Assembly (NCBI GenBank): GCA_036338695.1
Contig: JAYZBQ010000026.1
Span: 1-64,000, forward strand
Length of the DNA: 64,000 nucleotides
Direction of reading: 5' to 3'
Source: Myxococcota bacterium
GTDB lineage: Bacteria > Myxococcota > UBA4151
Below are positions 1 through 9,311 of this stretch, one piece after another. A model generated the notes under the pieces. It saw only the letters and a program-made list of their open reading frames with translations. It searched no databases and had not been told where the DNA came from. Every line of letters begins with the position of its first letter. Within the stretch, counting starts at the first letter, position 1. Made by a program: the position numbers and the translations under genes.

Positions 1-31
1 AAAAGTCGAAGAAAGGCCGTAAGGTGAGGTC

Positions 32-2143
32 ATGAACACCTATCGAATTAATTCGCTCTCCGTCGCGTTGCCGCTGCTCCTAGGCATCTTGCTGTACGCG
101 CCCGCCTTTTTTGGCGAGCAAGCCTACAGCTTCGTGCTCGGTATCGATCAGATCGCAGCGCAAGGGATCTCGTGGAGCCAACCGCTCGGCGGAGTCCTCC
201 AGAGCGTTCTCGACAGCTTGGCGCTGCTCAACCCGACGTCGCTGCGGCTCACCGGGCTGATCGCCCTTGGCCTTGCGACCGCGCTTTTGGTCATCGGGCT
301 GACCCTCCTCGGTGTCCATCCGGCCGGCGCCGGCCTTGCGGGCGCAGCGCTCATGACCCACCCCGCTGCGATCGCCGCCGTGATGAAACTAGACAACACG
401 GGGCTTGCGCTCGCTGTGATCTTGTTGGTCATCGCCAGCACGCGCTGGCTTGCGGCGGCTGTTCCGGCTCGGCTGGCGCTGCTCATCCTGGCGCCGCTCG
501 CTCACCCGATCGGCGTTTGCGCTTGGGCTTTGGCGTGGCTCGGCCTCGACGACGACCGACGCAGCGAGCTGCTCAAGCCGCTCTATCTGGCTCCTTTCCT
601 CATCGCCGTCATCGCCTGGGTCGTCGTCACCCCGACCGACGCAGCGCATCTGTTGGCGCTGGCTGGGCAGACCTGGATCAACCTGTTCTCGGGCTGGCGA
701 ATTGGCGAATTTCTCCCGTGGGCGCCCGAGATCGCAGCGGCGCGCCTCGACCTCGCCGGTGCCTCCGGTCTGCTGACGGCGCTTTTCTTTGTCTTCACCG
801 GCGCCGTGGCTTTGCTCGAACGCTTTGGCAACCTACTCGCCGAGCCCATGAGACGCTTCCTGCCGCTCGCCGTCTTGGCGCCGCTCTCGACCGGTCTAGC
901 ACCATCGATCACGCCGGTTCACGCAGACCCGGCCTACGCTCTACCGCTGGTCATTGGCTTAGCCATCCTTATCGGGCGAGGGCTCGGCCCGAGCGTGGCG
1001 CGCGCCCTGAGCGAGGACAACTTGCCTGCAGCCATCGTCCAGACCGGCGCAGCGCTCTTGCTCACGAGCGGTGTCTTTTTCGCAACCGGGTCCGATCAAG
1101 TGCGGATCTTTCAAGATGGTCAGGTCTTCTGGAAGATGCAGCGAGGTCGCCATGACGCAGCGCCTCAAAGCCGCCTGGGTTACGCGCGAGCGACGTTGTT
1201 TCTTGGGAGCGACCCACGCCTGATGCGACAAGGCCGCGTCGAGCTGCGCCCTGCGCTGCGTGCAGCAGAGATTCTCGACAACCTGTTCGAGTCGCTTGAG
1301 GACGGACCCGCTCTGAGCCCAGCCGAAGAAGCCGAGGCTCGCTGGTTGTTCTCAGTCGCCGTCACGCCCCACTTCGCCAACGAGTTCAATTCAGCGATCG
1401 ATAACCTCAAGAAGGCGGTCGAGCTGATGCCCGACGAACCCTTCTATGCCGAGGCGCTCGAGCGCGCTCAGCGCGATCAGGTCGAATACCAGAAGGTAAT
1501 CACAGGGTGTCTAACGGCTGACGAGGAGCAGCTCCAGGCACGCCGTCAGACGCTCATGAAGCAAGCGGAGAGCCTCGCTAAGGCAGGCCTCATCAACGCG
1601 ACGATTGAGAAGTATCGCGACGCAGTCCGCTGCGCGCCAGGGCACCGAGACGGGTACCAATACCTGGTCCGCTCGCTGTCATCGGTCGGGCAACACGACG
1701 AAGCGATCCGGCTGCTTGAGAACCTCCCCCCGACCCTGACCGGAGACCTCAGCCTAGTCGAGCAAAAGGCGTTCATCATCCAGAATCTTCCGAGTCCTGA
1801 GGGGGCCGACACCAAACAACGCCTGGCCTGGCGTGCGCAACAACGCGCCAAAGCTCACCCGATCTGGCTGGATGTGGCGCGCCAAGCGCCTGAGCGCCCC
1901 ATGGCGTGGCTCAACCTGGCTGAGAACGCCCTCCAAGACGGATCGGGCGCCGCGCAAGCTAAGGCGTACCTCAACCAAGCGCTCGCCGATCGCCCGGCGC
2001 TGGCTGCCAAAGGACGCGTGCGCCAGCTCAAAGACCGGATCGACGCACAGCTCAAACCGGACGAGACCATCCCCGAGGTCAACCTCAAGCCGGCGGGCGA
2101 CATCCAGGACGCAGGGCCGAGCGACGCAGGAGCGACGCCCTGA
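32..2143 (+). CDS. Polytopic membrane protein (possible GT-C-type glycosyltransferase) with C-terminal TPR region
   Basis: About 350 N-terminal residues of successive hydrophobic segments, then TPR-like helices (AIDNLKKAVELMPD, YRDAVRCAPGH, AWLNLAENAL). GAGG before the ATG. Glycosyltransferase call is inferred from architecture only. Confidence 0.55.
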   Translation: MNTYRINSLSVALPLLLGILLYAPAFFGEQAYSFVLGIDQIAAQGISWSQPLGGVLQSVLDSLALLNPTSLRLTGLIALGLATALLVIGLTLLGVHPAGAGLAGAALMTHPAAIAAVMKLDNTGLALAVILLVIASTRWLAAAVPARLALLILAPLAHPIGVCAWALAWLGLDDDRRSELLKPLYLAPFLIAVIAWVVVTPTDAAHLLALAGQTWINLFSGWRIGEFLPWAPEIAAARLDLAGASGLLTALFFVFTGAVALLERFGNLLAEPMRRFLPLAVLAPLSTGLAPSITPVHADPAYALPLVIGLAILIGRGLGPSVARALSEDNLPAAIVQTGAALLLTSGVFFATGSDQVRIFQDGQVFWKMQRGRHDAAPQSRLGYARATLFLGSDPRLMRQGRVELRPALRAAEILDNLFESLEDGPALSPAEEAEARWLFSVAVTPHFANEFNSAIDNLKKAVELMPDEPFYAEALERAQRDQVEYQKVITGCLTADEEQLQARRQTLMKQAESLAKAGLINATIEKYRDAVRCAPGHRDGYQYLVRSLSSVGQHDEAIRLLENLPPTLTGDLSLVEQKAFIIQNLPSPEGADTKQRLAWRAQQRAKAHPIWLDVARQAPERPMAWLNLAENALQDGSGAAQAKAYLNQALADRPALAAKGRVRQLKDRIDAQLKPDETIPEVNLKPAGDIQDAGPSDAGATP

Positions 2144-2163
2144 TCGCTTCCCTCCCCGACATC

Positions 2164-3018
2164 GTGTGGGCGCAATCGCTGATCGCCTCGATTATCTTCT
2201 TTGTGGGCGCAAGCGTCGGATCGTTCCTTAATGTCGTCGCCTATCGCATGCCGCTCGGGCGCTCCGTGGTGTCGCCTGGGTCCGCCTGCCCCGCCTGCGA
2301 GACACCGATCGCCTGGTACGACAACCTGCCGGTCCTTTCCTGGTTCATCCTGCGCGGGCGATGTCGTCACTGCGGCGCCGGATTCAGCTTTCGCTACGCC
2401 GGGGTTGAGGCGCTCTTTGGCCTCTACACCCTGGCGATCGTGATCCGATGGGATCTCACAGTCCACAGCCTTACCTGCGTCCTAGCGGGCGCCGTGCTGG
2501 TCGCCATCGCGCTGATCGACCATGACTCATGGCTGATCGATGACCGCATGAGCGCAGCGGTCGCCTTGATCGGGCTGACCGGTCATGGAGCCAGCCTCCT
2601 CGTCGACGCTGAGCTAGGTGTGGGCGCCACCCTTGCCTCCGTCGCCGCCCACCTCATCGCCGGTGCCGTCGCCTTTGGGATGCTCTATGGGATGGGCTAC
2701 CTGATGACCAAAGCGCTGGATAAAGAGGCGCTCGGTGGCGGCGACGCGCCGCTTTTTGCGGCGATCGTATGCTGCACGGGGATGTCGGGGGTTCTACCCG
2801 TGCTCATGCTCGCCTCAATTCAAGGCCTGATCGGGTGGGCGATCCTGTCTCGGCGCGGAGGGATCGGCAACCGCGAGGTCGAGCATGACGACGGCTGGCA
2901 ACCCGAAGAGGGTGCGCTCCCGCTGGGGATTTTCCTGGCTCTTGCGGGCCTCGAGGTGATGCTGATCGGTGAGGGACTGACCGATCTCTACCTCGAGACC
3001 ATCCGGTCCTTACTCTAG
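2164..3018 (+). CDS. pilD: Prepilin peptidase / N-methyltransferase (A24 family)
   Basis: GSFLNVVAYRMP, two Zn motifs CPAC and CRHC, WYDNLPVLSW, catalytic Asp contexts IALID and LGGGDA, C-terminal PLGIFLA. Confidence 0.95.
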   Translation: MWAQSLIASIIFFVGASVGSFLNVVAYRMPLGRSVVSPGSACPACETPIAWYDNLPVLSWFILRGRCRHCGAGFSFRYAGVEALFGLYTLAIVIRWDLTVHSLTCVLAGAVLVAIALIDHDSWLIDDRMSAAVALIGLTGHGASLLVDAELGVGATLASVAAHLIAGAVAFGMLYGMGYLMTKALDKEALGGGDAPLFAAIVCCTGMSGVLPVLMLASIQGLIGWAILSRRGGIGNREVEHDDGWQPEEGALPLGIFLALAGLEVMLIGEGLTDLYLETIRSLL

Positions 3019-4412
3019 AGGCCGTACTCTTTGATTTTGTAATGAAGCGATCTCGGCGAGATGCCGAGGACCTTAGCCGCTGCGGTCTTGTTGCCGTCAG
3101 TTCGAACGAGCGCACGCTGAATAAACTGCCGCTCGATATGCTCGGTCGCGCTGGGGATGCTCAGGTCGATGCTGCCGTCCTCGGTGCCAGAGACCAAACG
3201 CTCAACGGTCGCATCGCCCGCGACCTCCGTGAGAAAGTTGGGCGGCAGATGCTCGCGCTCGATCACCGAACCACCGCAGAGCACCGCCGCCGCCTCGAGG
3301 ACGTTGTGAAGCTGTCGAATGTTGCCCGGCCACGGATGCTGACGAAACAAGGTCCAAACCGGTGCATCGAGCGAGAGGCTGTCGCGCCGCGAAGCCGATG
3401 CGAGCGCTTCAAGTTGTTGCGCAACTAGGACCTCGAGGTCCTCTTGGCGCTGCCGCAGCGGCGGCACCTGGATCGGGAAGACGTTGAGACGGTAAAACAG
3501 GTCCTCCCGGAACTCGCCGCCGCGAACCTGCTCTTCGAGGTTGCGGTTCGTGGCAGCCAAAACGCGCACATCCACGGCGACCTCCCGATCCGCGCCGACG
3601 GGGCGGACCATGCCTTCTTGCAGAGCCCTAAGCAGCTTGACCTGAAGGTTCAGCGGCAGCTCACCGACCTCATCCAAGAACAAGGTGCCGCCCGTCGCCT
3701 CTTCAAAGAGCCCCTTCCGGTCACGCACCGCGTCGGTGAACGCGCCGCGTTTGTGGCCAAAGAACTCGGACTCGAGGAGGTTGTCGGGGATGGCGCCACA
3801 GTTGACCGCCACAAACGGCTCTTGGCGACGGTCACTGGCTGCGTGAATGGCGCGAGCGAGGACCTCTTTACCCGTCCCTGATTCGCCGCTGAGTAAGACC
3901 GACGATCGATGCGGCGCCACGCGCTCGAGGGTCTGGGTGATCCGCTTCATCGCAGGCGACGCGTTGGCGACATGCTCAAAGCTCGAGCTTTTCTCGACCA
4001 CCGCACGAAGCCTCAAGTTCTCGGCGCCCAGGCGCCAGCGCTCGATCGCGATCATCAGCCGCAGCTTGACCTCATCTGGCTGAAACGGCTTGTTGAGGTA
4101 ATCGACTGCGCCGGCTTCCAGCGCCTCCATCGCCACGTCGATGTCGCCATAGGCCGACATCACGACCACCACAGCGTCCGGGTGCGCCTGGAGCAGCTTA
4201 CGGGTGAAGGCTAAACCGTCGAGCCGAGGCATGCGGATATCGGTCAACACGGCGTCGTGGCGATCGGTCTGATAGCGCTCGAGCGCCTCGACACCGTCGC
4301 TGGCGCAGTCCACCTCGATGCCCTGGCTCTCAAGCGCCAGGACCAAGAGATGACGAAGGCTGTCCTCATCATCGACGACCAAAACACGCTGCAGCGCGCT
4401 CACACCACTCAT
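3015..4412 (-). CDS. Sigma54-dependent response regulator (NtrC/PilR family)
   Basis: Receiver domain (VVDDE, TDIRMP, KPF), AAA+ Walker A GESGTGKE, GAFTDA loop, LFLDEVGE, FREDLFYRLNV, C-terminal Fis-type HTH (GNKTAAAKVLGIS). Confidence 0.95.
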   Translation of the reverse strand: MSGVSALQRVLVVDDEDSLRHLLVLALESQGIEVDCASDGVEALERYQTDRHDAVLTDIRMPRLDGLAFTRKLLQAHPDAVVVVMSAYGDIDVAMEALEAGAVDYLNKPFQPDEVKLRLMIAIERWRLGAENLRLRAVVEKSSSFEHVANASPAMKRITQTLERVAPHRSSVLLSGESGTGKEVLARAIHAASDRRQEPFVAVNCGAIPDNLLESEFFGHKRGAFTDAVRDRKGLFEEATGGTLFLDEVGELPLNLQVKLLRALQEGMVRPVGADREVAVDVRVLAATNRNLEEQVRGGEFREDLFYRLNVFPIQVPPLRQRQEDLEVLVAQQLEALASASRRDSLSLDAPVWTLFRQHPWPGNIRQLHNVLEAAAVLCGGSVIEREHLPPNFLTEVAGDATVERLVSGTEDGSIDLSIPSATEHIERQFIQRALVRTDGNKTAAAKVLGISPRSLHYKIKEYGL

Positions 4413-5821
4413 GACGCCTCCGACCGCACCAACGCGATGCTGACCTCAAAGCGGGCGCCGCCGAGACGGCTCACGCCCACACTGAGGCTCGCATCCCAGG
4501 ACTGCACGATTCCTTGACATACGGACAAGCCCAAACCCGTCCCCTTCCCCACGTCTTTGGTGGTCACAAAGGGCTCAAACAAGGTGCTCTCAACGCTCGT
4601 CGAGACGCCGGGGCCCGAGTCATCAACGGCGACGATGACGCGGTCATCCACCCGGCTGGCGCTCACGATCACCTGCGACCCTTCTTGATTCTGACACGCC
4701 TCAGCGGCGTTCAGGCACAAATTGACTAAGACCTGGCGGAGGCCGCCCTCATCGCACAAGACCTGAGGGAGTCGCTCGTCGACTTCCATCTCGATCGCCA
4801 CGGCGCGAAAGGACTTGTCCGCCCGCACGAGCGCCACCGTCGGCTCGATGACTCGGCGCACATCCACCGCAGTCAACGTCGGGCGAGCCGGTCGTGCATA
4901 GGTCAGCAAGCCACCGATGATTCCACGGATCCGCTCGAGTTCGGACTCGAGGCGCTCGAGGACCTCGGTCTGCTGATCGTCCGGGATGCGCCCCGAGCGC
5001 AGAAGCTGAACAAAGCCGAGGAGCGCCGACAGCGGATTGCCGACCTCATGAGCGATCCCTGCGGCGAGGCGCCCCACACCGGCTAGATGTTCGGCGCGCT
5101 GCGCCACGCGCTGAGCTTTCAGCAGGTCATCGTGCGCCGATTGCAAGGCTGTATGCCGCTCACCGAGCTCAAGGCGCGCCTGCTCCGAACGCAGCCGCAT
5201 GCGGTCGATCGCTTTGTGCAGCGCGGCGAGCTCGGAGCCTGCCTCACCCAGCGGGGGGAGCTCGGCGGCGTCGGTCTTAACCCGCTCCACCGCCTCGATC
5301 AGGCGCGCAACGGGCTTGCCGACGCTGCGACTGAGCAACCACCAGCTGATCAAGCTGACGAGGACCACGCTCCCGAGGATCAAGCTCAAGAGGAGCTCCG
5401 TGAGCGAGCCGACCGCCTCGCGACCTGGTTCGTTCGCCATCCTCAGCACGAGCGTCCCGCCGCCGCCGATCGCAACGTGCGCGGACAGCGGCTCCTCACC
5501 GACGGGGTTCTTGAGCTGCCAAGCCACCTGCCCCGAGACGCTGCGGACCGTTAACTCGACGTTGCGCCCTGCGAACACCTCGTCACCCAGAAAGCTCTCG
5601 AGAATCAGACGGTTGTCGGGATGAGCCAGGCTACGCCCGGAGGCGCGCATCCGGCTGATCTGCGCCGCCAGCGAGCTGGCGAGCTGTTCGGTCATCTCGG
5701 CGCCGTTGTTGTCGAGCAGCTGGCGCGCCGCGAGCAGGGTCGCAAACCCGACCACGATCATGCTCAAACTCACTGCGGCGATCAGATCCACAGCGATCCG
5801 TGTACGGACCGTCCAGCGCAC
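4409..5821 (-). CDS. Membrane sensor histidine kinase with HAMP domain
   Basis: Two TM segments, HAMP, H-box AHEVGNPL, N-box QVLVNLCLNA, DSGPG, FEPFVTTK, GTGLGL. 4-nt overlap with the regulator gene. Confidence 0.93.
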   Translation of the reverse strand: MRWTVRTRIAVDLIAAVSLSMIVVGFATLLAARQLLDNNGAEMTEQLASSLAAQISRMRASGRSLAHPDNRLILESFLGDEVFAGRNVELTVRSVSGQVAWQLKNPVGEEPLSAHVAIGGGGTLVLRMANEPGREAVGSLTELLLSLILGSVVLVSLISWWLLSRSVGKPVARLIEAVERVKTDAAELPPLGEAGSELAALHKAIDRMRLRSEQARLELGERHTALQSAHDDLLKAQRVAQRAEHLAGVGRLAAGIAHEVGNPLSALLGFVQLLRSGRIPDDQQTEVLERLESELERIRGIIGGLLTYARPARPTLTAVDVRRVIEPTVALVRADKSFRAVAIEMEVDERLPQVLCDEGGLRQVLVNLCLNAAEACQNQEGSQVIVSASRVDDRVIVAVDDSGPGVSTSVESTLFEPFVTTKDVGKGTGLGLSVCQGIVQSWDASLSVGVSRLGGARFEVSIALVRSEAS

Positions 5822-5888
5822 TCGAACTCTCCCCGTCGCAGCTTACGCTAGCTGGTCCGGTTCCGCCCTTTTTTTGTTGTCGATTCCC

Positions 5889-6572
5889 CTAGAACGAGAA
5901 CCCAAGCCCGTAGGCGATGAGACCGCCGCCGACGCTCACCGAGGCGGAGCCATCGTCGGACGCCGCCGACTCTGAGCCGGCGTGCATGTAGTTGATCTCA
6001 GGCATGAGCGTCATGCCGCCGAGCTTGACACGCCCGCTGACGCCCAGGAGCGGGTAGCCGCTTGCGGTCGATGAACCCCCGCCCGATGCGCTGATCAACA
6101 TAAAGCCGCCCTTGACCGTCACCTTGTTCTCGCCCAGCGGCAGATCGGCGAGCAGGGTCAGCGGAGCATAAAGGACGCTCCCCGAGCTGTCGCCTGCGCC
6201 TGCGCTAAAATACTTAGCACCCAGGTAAGCGGAGACCGCGGGCTGACCGCTGCCCGGCGCACCGACGAACTGATAGGCAAGCCCGAGCTCAGGGAACAAC
6301 CCGAGGTCGGTCTTGACCTGAAAGTCCATGTTGTTGCCTAGGCCGGCGCGGTAGGAGAACGCCGCCCAGGGCAAAACGCCCTGGCCTGCCGTGCTGTCAG
6401 ACTCGCCCTACGCCTCGGCGGACGCAGCGATCAGGATGCCGTTCAAACCCACGTGGGTGACCACTTCAGAGGTCCCGCTCCGCAAAACCTCGGCGCCGCG
6501 CATCGTGTGGACACTGGGACATCCCAGCAAGGTCATAGAGATGACCGCGATCATCAGCTGTGCACGCTTCAC
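5889..6572 (-). pseudogene. Outer-membrane beta-barrel lipoprotein gene interrupted by an in-frame TAG at codon 55
   Basis: GAGGAGG RBS then GTG at 6572 gives MKRAQLMIAVISMTLLGC (lipobox). The frame continues to AASAEA-TAG(6408-6410)-GESDSTAGQGVLPW and runs in frame into the 161-aa ORF, which has alternating beta-strands and ends GLGFSF. Confidence 0.7.
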
Positions 6573-6602
6573 AAAACCTCCTCGGTCGCTTGCTCTAGCG
6601 AC

Positions 6603-7493
6603 TTACTCTCGTCCTAGGGGATCAGGCTCCACGCTACAAGGTGCGCGCTCAGTATACAGGTTCATGCGCTGATTGCGCGCAAAGCCCGCTAGGCGGATGC
6701 CAGCTCGCTGGCAGGTGCGCACCGCCAGGTCGCTCGGCGCGCCGACGGCGACCAGCGCGCGCAAGCCGGCGCTCCAGGCTTTGGCCGCGATCTCAAAACC
6801 GACACGGCTGGTTACTGCGAGGATGGCCGCTCGCTCGAGCTCATCGCGCCGGAGCAGGGCGCCGATCACTTTATCCACGGCGTTGTGACGCCCGATGTCC
6901 TCGGCCAGCTCGAGGACCTCGCCTCGCTCGTCCATCAAGGCAGCGCCGTGCAGGGCGCCCGTGACCTGAAACACACGCTGCAAGGGCCGCAGCCGCTCCG
7001 TCGCCTTGAGCAGCACCTCCTCAGCCAGCGGCAACCCTTGAGCGACCGGCGGAAACTGACGCTCCAGGTCTTCGATCGCTTGGGTCCCGCAGACACCACA
7101 CGACGACGAGGCGAAGACGCTCCGATGCGCTGGCTTCTTGATGGCGCTGCGCAGCTGAATACGGACCAGACTCTCCGGCGGATCGGCGTCCGGACAATGC
7201 GCTAACCGCGCTACATCGCTGGCCACGCGGATCACCCCTTCGCTCAAGAGTAAGCCCAGCGCGAGGTCGAGGTCCTGACCGGGCGTCCGCATCGTGGTCA
7301 ACCAAGGGTCTTGACCCAGCGCAAGCGCAAGCGGCGCCTCGACGACCACCGGGTCCATCCGCTCCTCGCGGCGCTCAGGGAACACCCGCAAGCAAGGAAC
7401 GCGCGTCGCCTGCTCCGGCCCAAACCGTGCGGCAGAGTTTTGTCCCGAAAGCTTGTTCAGCTTTTGACGAATTGCATCCAGATCAATTGCCAT
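6603..7493 (-). CDS. fdhD: Formate dehydrogenase accessory sulfurtransferase FdhD
   Basis: TMRTPG, SSCGVCG, TGALHGAA, EDIGRHNAVDKVIG, TSRVGFE, LAGFAR motifs. Confidence 0.93.
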   Translation of the reverse strand: MAIDLDAIRQKLNKLSGQNSAARFGPEQATRVPCLRVFPERREERMDPVVVEAPLALALGQDPWLTTMRTPGQDLDLALGLLLSEGVIRVASDVARLAHCPDADPPESLVRIQLRSAIKKPAHRSVFASSSCGVCGTQAIEDLERQFPPVAQGLPLAEEVLLKATERLRPLQRVFQVTGALHGAALMDERGEVLELAEDIGRHNAVDKVIGALLRRDELERAAILAVTSRVGFEIAAKAWSAGLRALVAVGAPSDLAVRTCQRAGIRLAGFARNQRMNLYTERAPCSVEPDPLGRE

Positions 7494-7499
7494 CGCACG

Positions 7500-8564
7500 C
7501 TATCGCTTCCAGACTAATTTCCACGGCTGCTTGCGCAGCTCATGGAGCAGCTCCTTGAAGTCTTCGAGGGGCTCGGGGTCATGAATCAAAGCGCCGACGA
7601 GACCCTCTCGCCGATCGATCGCAGCGAGGACTTGCTTTGCGCTCTTGGTCAAGCCGTTCAGGTCCCCGACCACACCGAGCGCCTTCGCGTAAAATGCACG
7701 GACATGACCCCGCTCATCCGAGAGCAAGGCGTTGATCGAGAGCAGCGCGGTGTTGATCCCGGCGGCGGCTTTATCGACCTCTTGAGCCGCCGAGTCGACG
7801 CTCGTGAGCGCCGTGCCCAAGCCGTTTGCGACCTGGCTGATATCGGTCGCCATACGCGGCACATCGGTGGTGATCGAATCGCTCGCTGCCCGCAAGCCAC
7901 GAATCGCAGCGGCGAGATCGGCGCCGTCGCCCACGCCCTGAGCGATCCCCTCCCCCGCCGCGCTCAGACCGGTGATCAGCTGATCCACTGACTCGCCATT
8001 GCGCGCCAGGATGCGGTCGAGGTTCCCGATCAATCGACCGGTGTTGGCGAACAGATCTCGGAGCGCGTCCGGGTCATCCTCCATCACGTCGGTGATCCCG
8101 TCGACGAGCCGCTGAACCGAGGCGAGGACTAAGTCGGTACGCGGCTGATCCTCACCGTCGATCGAGTGACTCGTCGAGAGCGGGTCATCACCGGGCGGCC
8201 CCGGGATCACGTCGACGTAGTGTTCGCCGAGCACGCCGCGCGTGGTCACCACGAAGCGCGTTTTACGTCCGATCAGGTGCACCGCCTCCGGCTGGATCAC
8301 GACTCGCACCTCGAGAAGATGGGTGGGGTCGTCGCTGCGCTCGGACTCATCGAGCAGGCGTACCTCGCTGACGCGGCCGATGGTTTGACCCGCCATACGC
8401 ACACGGGCGCCCGGGTGCAGAGGACCTGCGTAGGAGAACCGGACGCGGTACACTTCACCGTGCTCAGGCAGCCAGTCTGCGAGATAGGCGAGCAAGCCAA
8501 AGAACAAGAGCATGCTCACTAAGGCTAAGATGACCACCCGCAGGCGTGTCGCTAATGTACCCAT
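7500..8564 (-). CDS. mlaD: MCE/MlaD-family protein with long helical C-terminal region
   Basis: N-terminal TM, MCE motifs (LHPGARVRMAGQTIGRV, GVLGEHYVDVIPG), heptad-rich tail ending QPWKLVWKR. Confidence 0.85.
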   Translation of the reverse strand: MGTLATRLRVVILALVSMLLFFGLLAYLADWLPEHGEVYRVRFSYAGPLHPGARVRMAGQTIGRVSEVRLLDESERSDDPTHLLEVRVVIQPEAVHLIGRKTRFVVTTRGVLGEHYVDVIPGPPGDDPLSTSHSIDGEDQPRTDLVLASVQRLVDGITDVMEDDPDALRDLFANTGRLIGNLDRILARNGESVDQLITGLSAAGEGIAQGVGDGADLAAAIRGLRAASDSITTDVPRMATDISQVANGLGTALTSVDSAAQEVDKAAAGINTALLSINALLSDERGHVRAFYAKALGVVGDLNGLTKSAKQVLAAIDRREGLVGALIHDPEPLEDFKELLHELRKQPWKLVWKR

Positions 8565-9311
8565 TTATAAGGGTCCTTCCGCCCGGCCAGCTTGAAACTG
8601 CTGCCAGATCTCATCCTCGTGATTCAACAACTCGCTCGGGGTCCCTCGGACCCTGATGCCGCCATCGTACAAGAGGATCGCCCGGTCGGCGACTTTCTTC
8701 ATGCTCTCGAGGTCGTGGCTGATCACTAAGGCGCTCACCCCCTCCGAGCGGACCGCATCCGTGATCGCTTCATCGACCACCATCGCCTGGATCGGGTCGA
8801 GCCCGGTCGTCGGCTCATCGAGGATCAAGGTCTGCGCGCCCACCGCCAGCGCCCGAGCGAGGGCCACCGCCTTAGCGATCCCTGGTCCCAACCCAGCTGC
8901 GCGCTGTTTGCTCAGGTGCCGCAGGTTGAGGTCGCTGAGTAAGCTGGTGGCGCGTTGATCCGCGTCTCTCGTACTCATGCCCAGCGCGTGCCGAGCGGCG
9001 AGCGCAACGTTCTCATGAACCGTCCGCTCCTCGAGCAAAGCCGGCGTCTGAACAACCAACGCCGTGCGGCGCCGCAGCGCCAGCCAAGCCGGGTCACCAA
9101 GCGCCGGGATCCGCTCCCCGCTCAGCCAAATTTGACCCTGGTCGGGCGCCAAGAAACCGAGCGCACACTGGCTGAGCACCGACTTACCGGTCCCTGAGGG
9201 TCCAAGCACATACAATATCTCTTGCGGCTCGAGCTGAAGGTCCACGCCTTTGAGCACCTGATGATCGCCAAAGCCCTTGTGCAAATTCTCGATACAAATG
9301 GGCGCCGCCAT
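8565..9311 (-). CDS. mlaF: ABC ATPase, MlaF/Mkl family (copy B); start reassigned to ATG 9311
   Basis: MAAPICIENLHKGFG; Walker A GPSGTGKS; Walker B LILDEPTTGLDP; H-loop ISHD; degenerate signature (GLGPGI). Start overlaps the upstream stop (TGATG). Confidence 0.85.
   Translation of the reverse strand: MAAPICIENLHKGFGDHQVLKGVDLQLEPQEILYVLGPSGTGKSVLSQCALGFLAPDQGQIWLSGERIPALGDPAWLALRRRTALVVQTPALLEERTVHENVALAARHALGMSTRDADQRATSLLSDLNLRHLSKQRAAGLGPGIAKAVALARALAVGAQTLILDEPTTGLDPIQAMVVDEAITDAVRSEGVSALVISHDLESMKKVADRAILLYDGGIRVRGTPSELLNHEDEIWQQFQAGRAEGPL

Noticed and set aside
3725..3750. GAFTDA instead of GAFTGA in the sigma54 activator
   Set aside because: A frequent natural variant in deltaproteobacterial enhancer-binding proteins.
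5860..5880. T-run (CCCTTTTTTTGTTG) as a terminator
   Set aside because: No convincing stem precedes it and it is on the wrong strand for the flanking minus-strand genes.
6408..6410. Genome-wide TAG reassignment or pyrrolysine decoding
   Set aside because: TAG is the evident stop of many conserved genes here (pilD, ispE, clpX, fabG, fabH, gltA) and no pyl genes are in the window.
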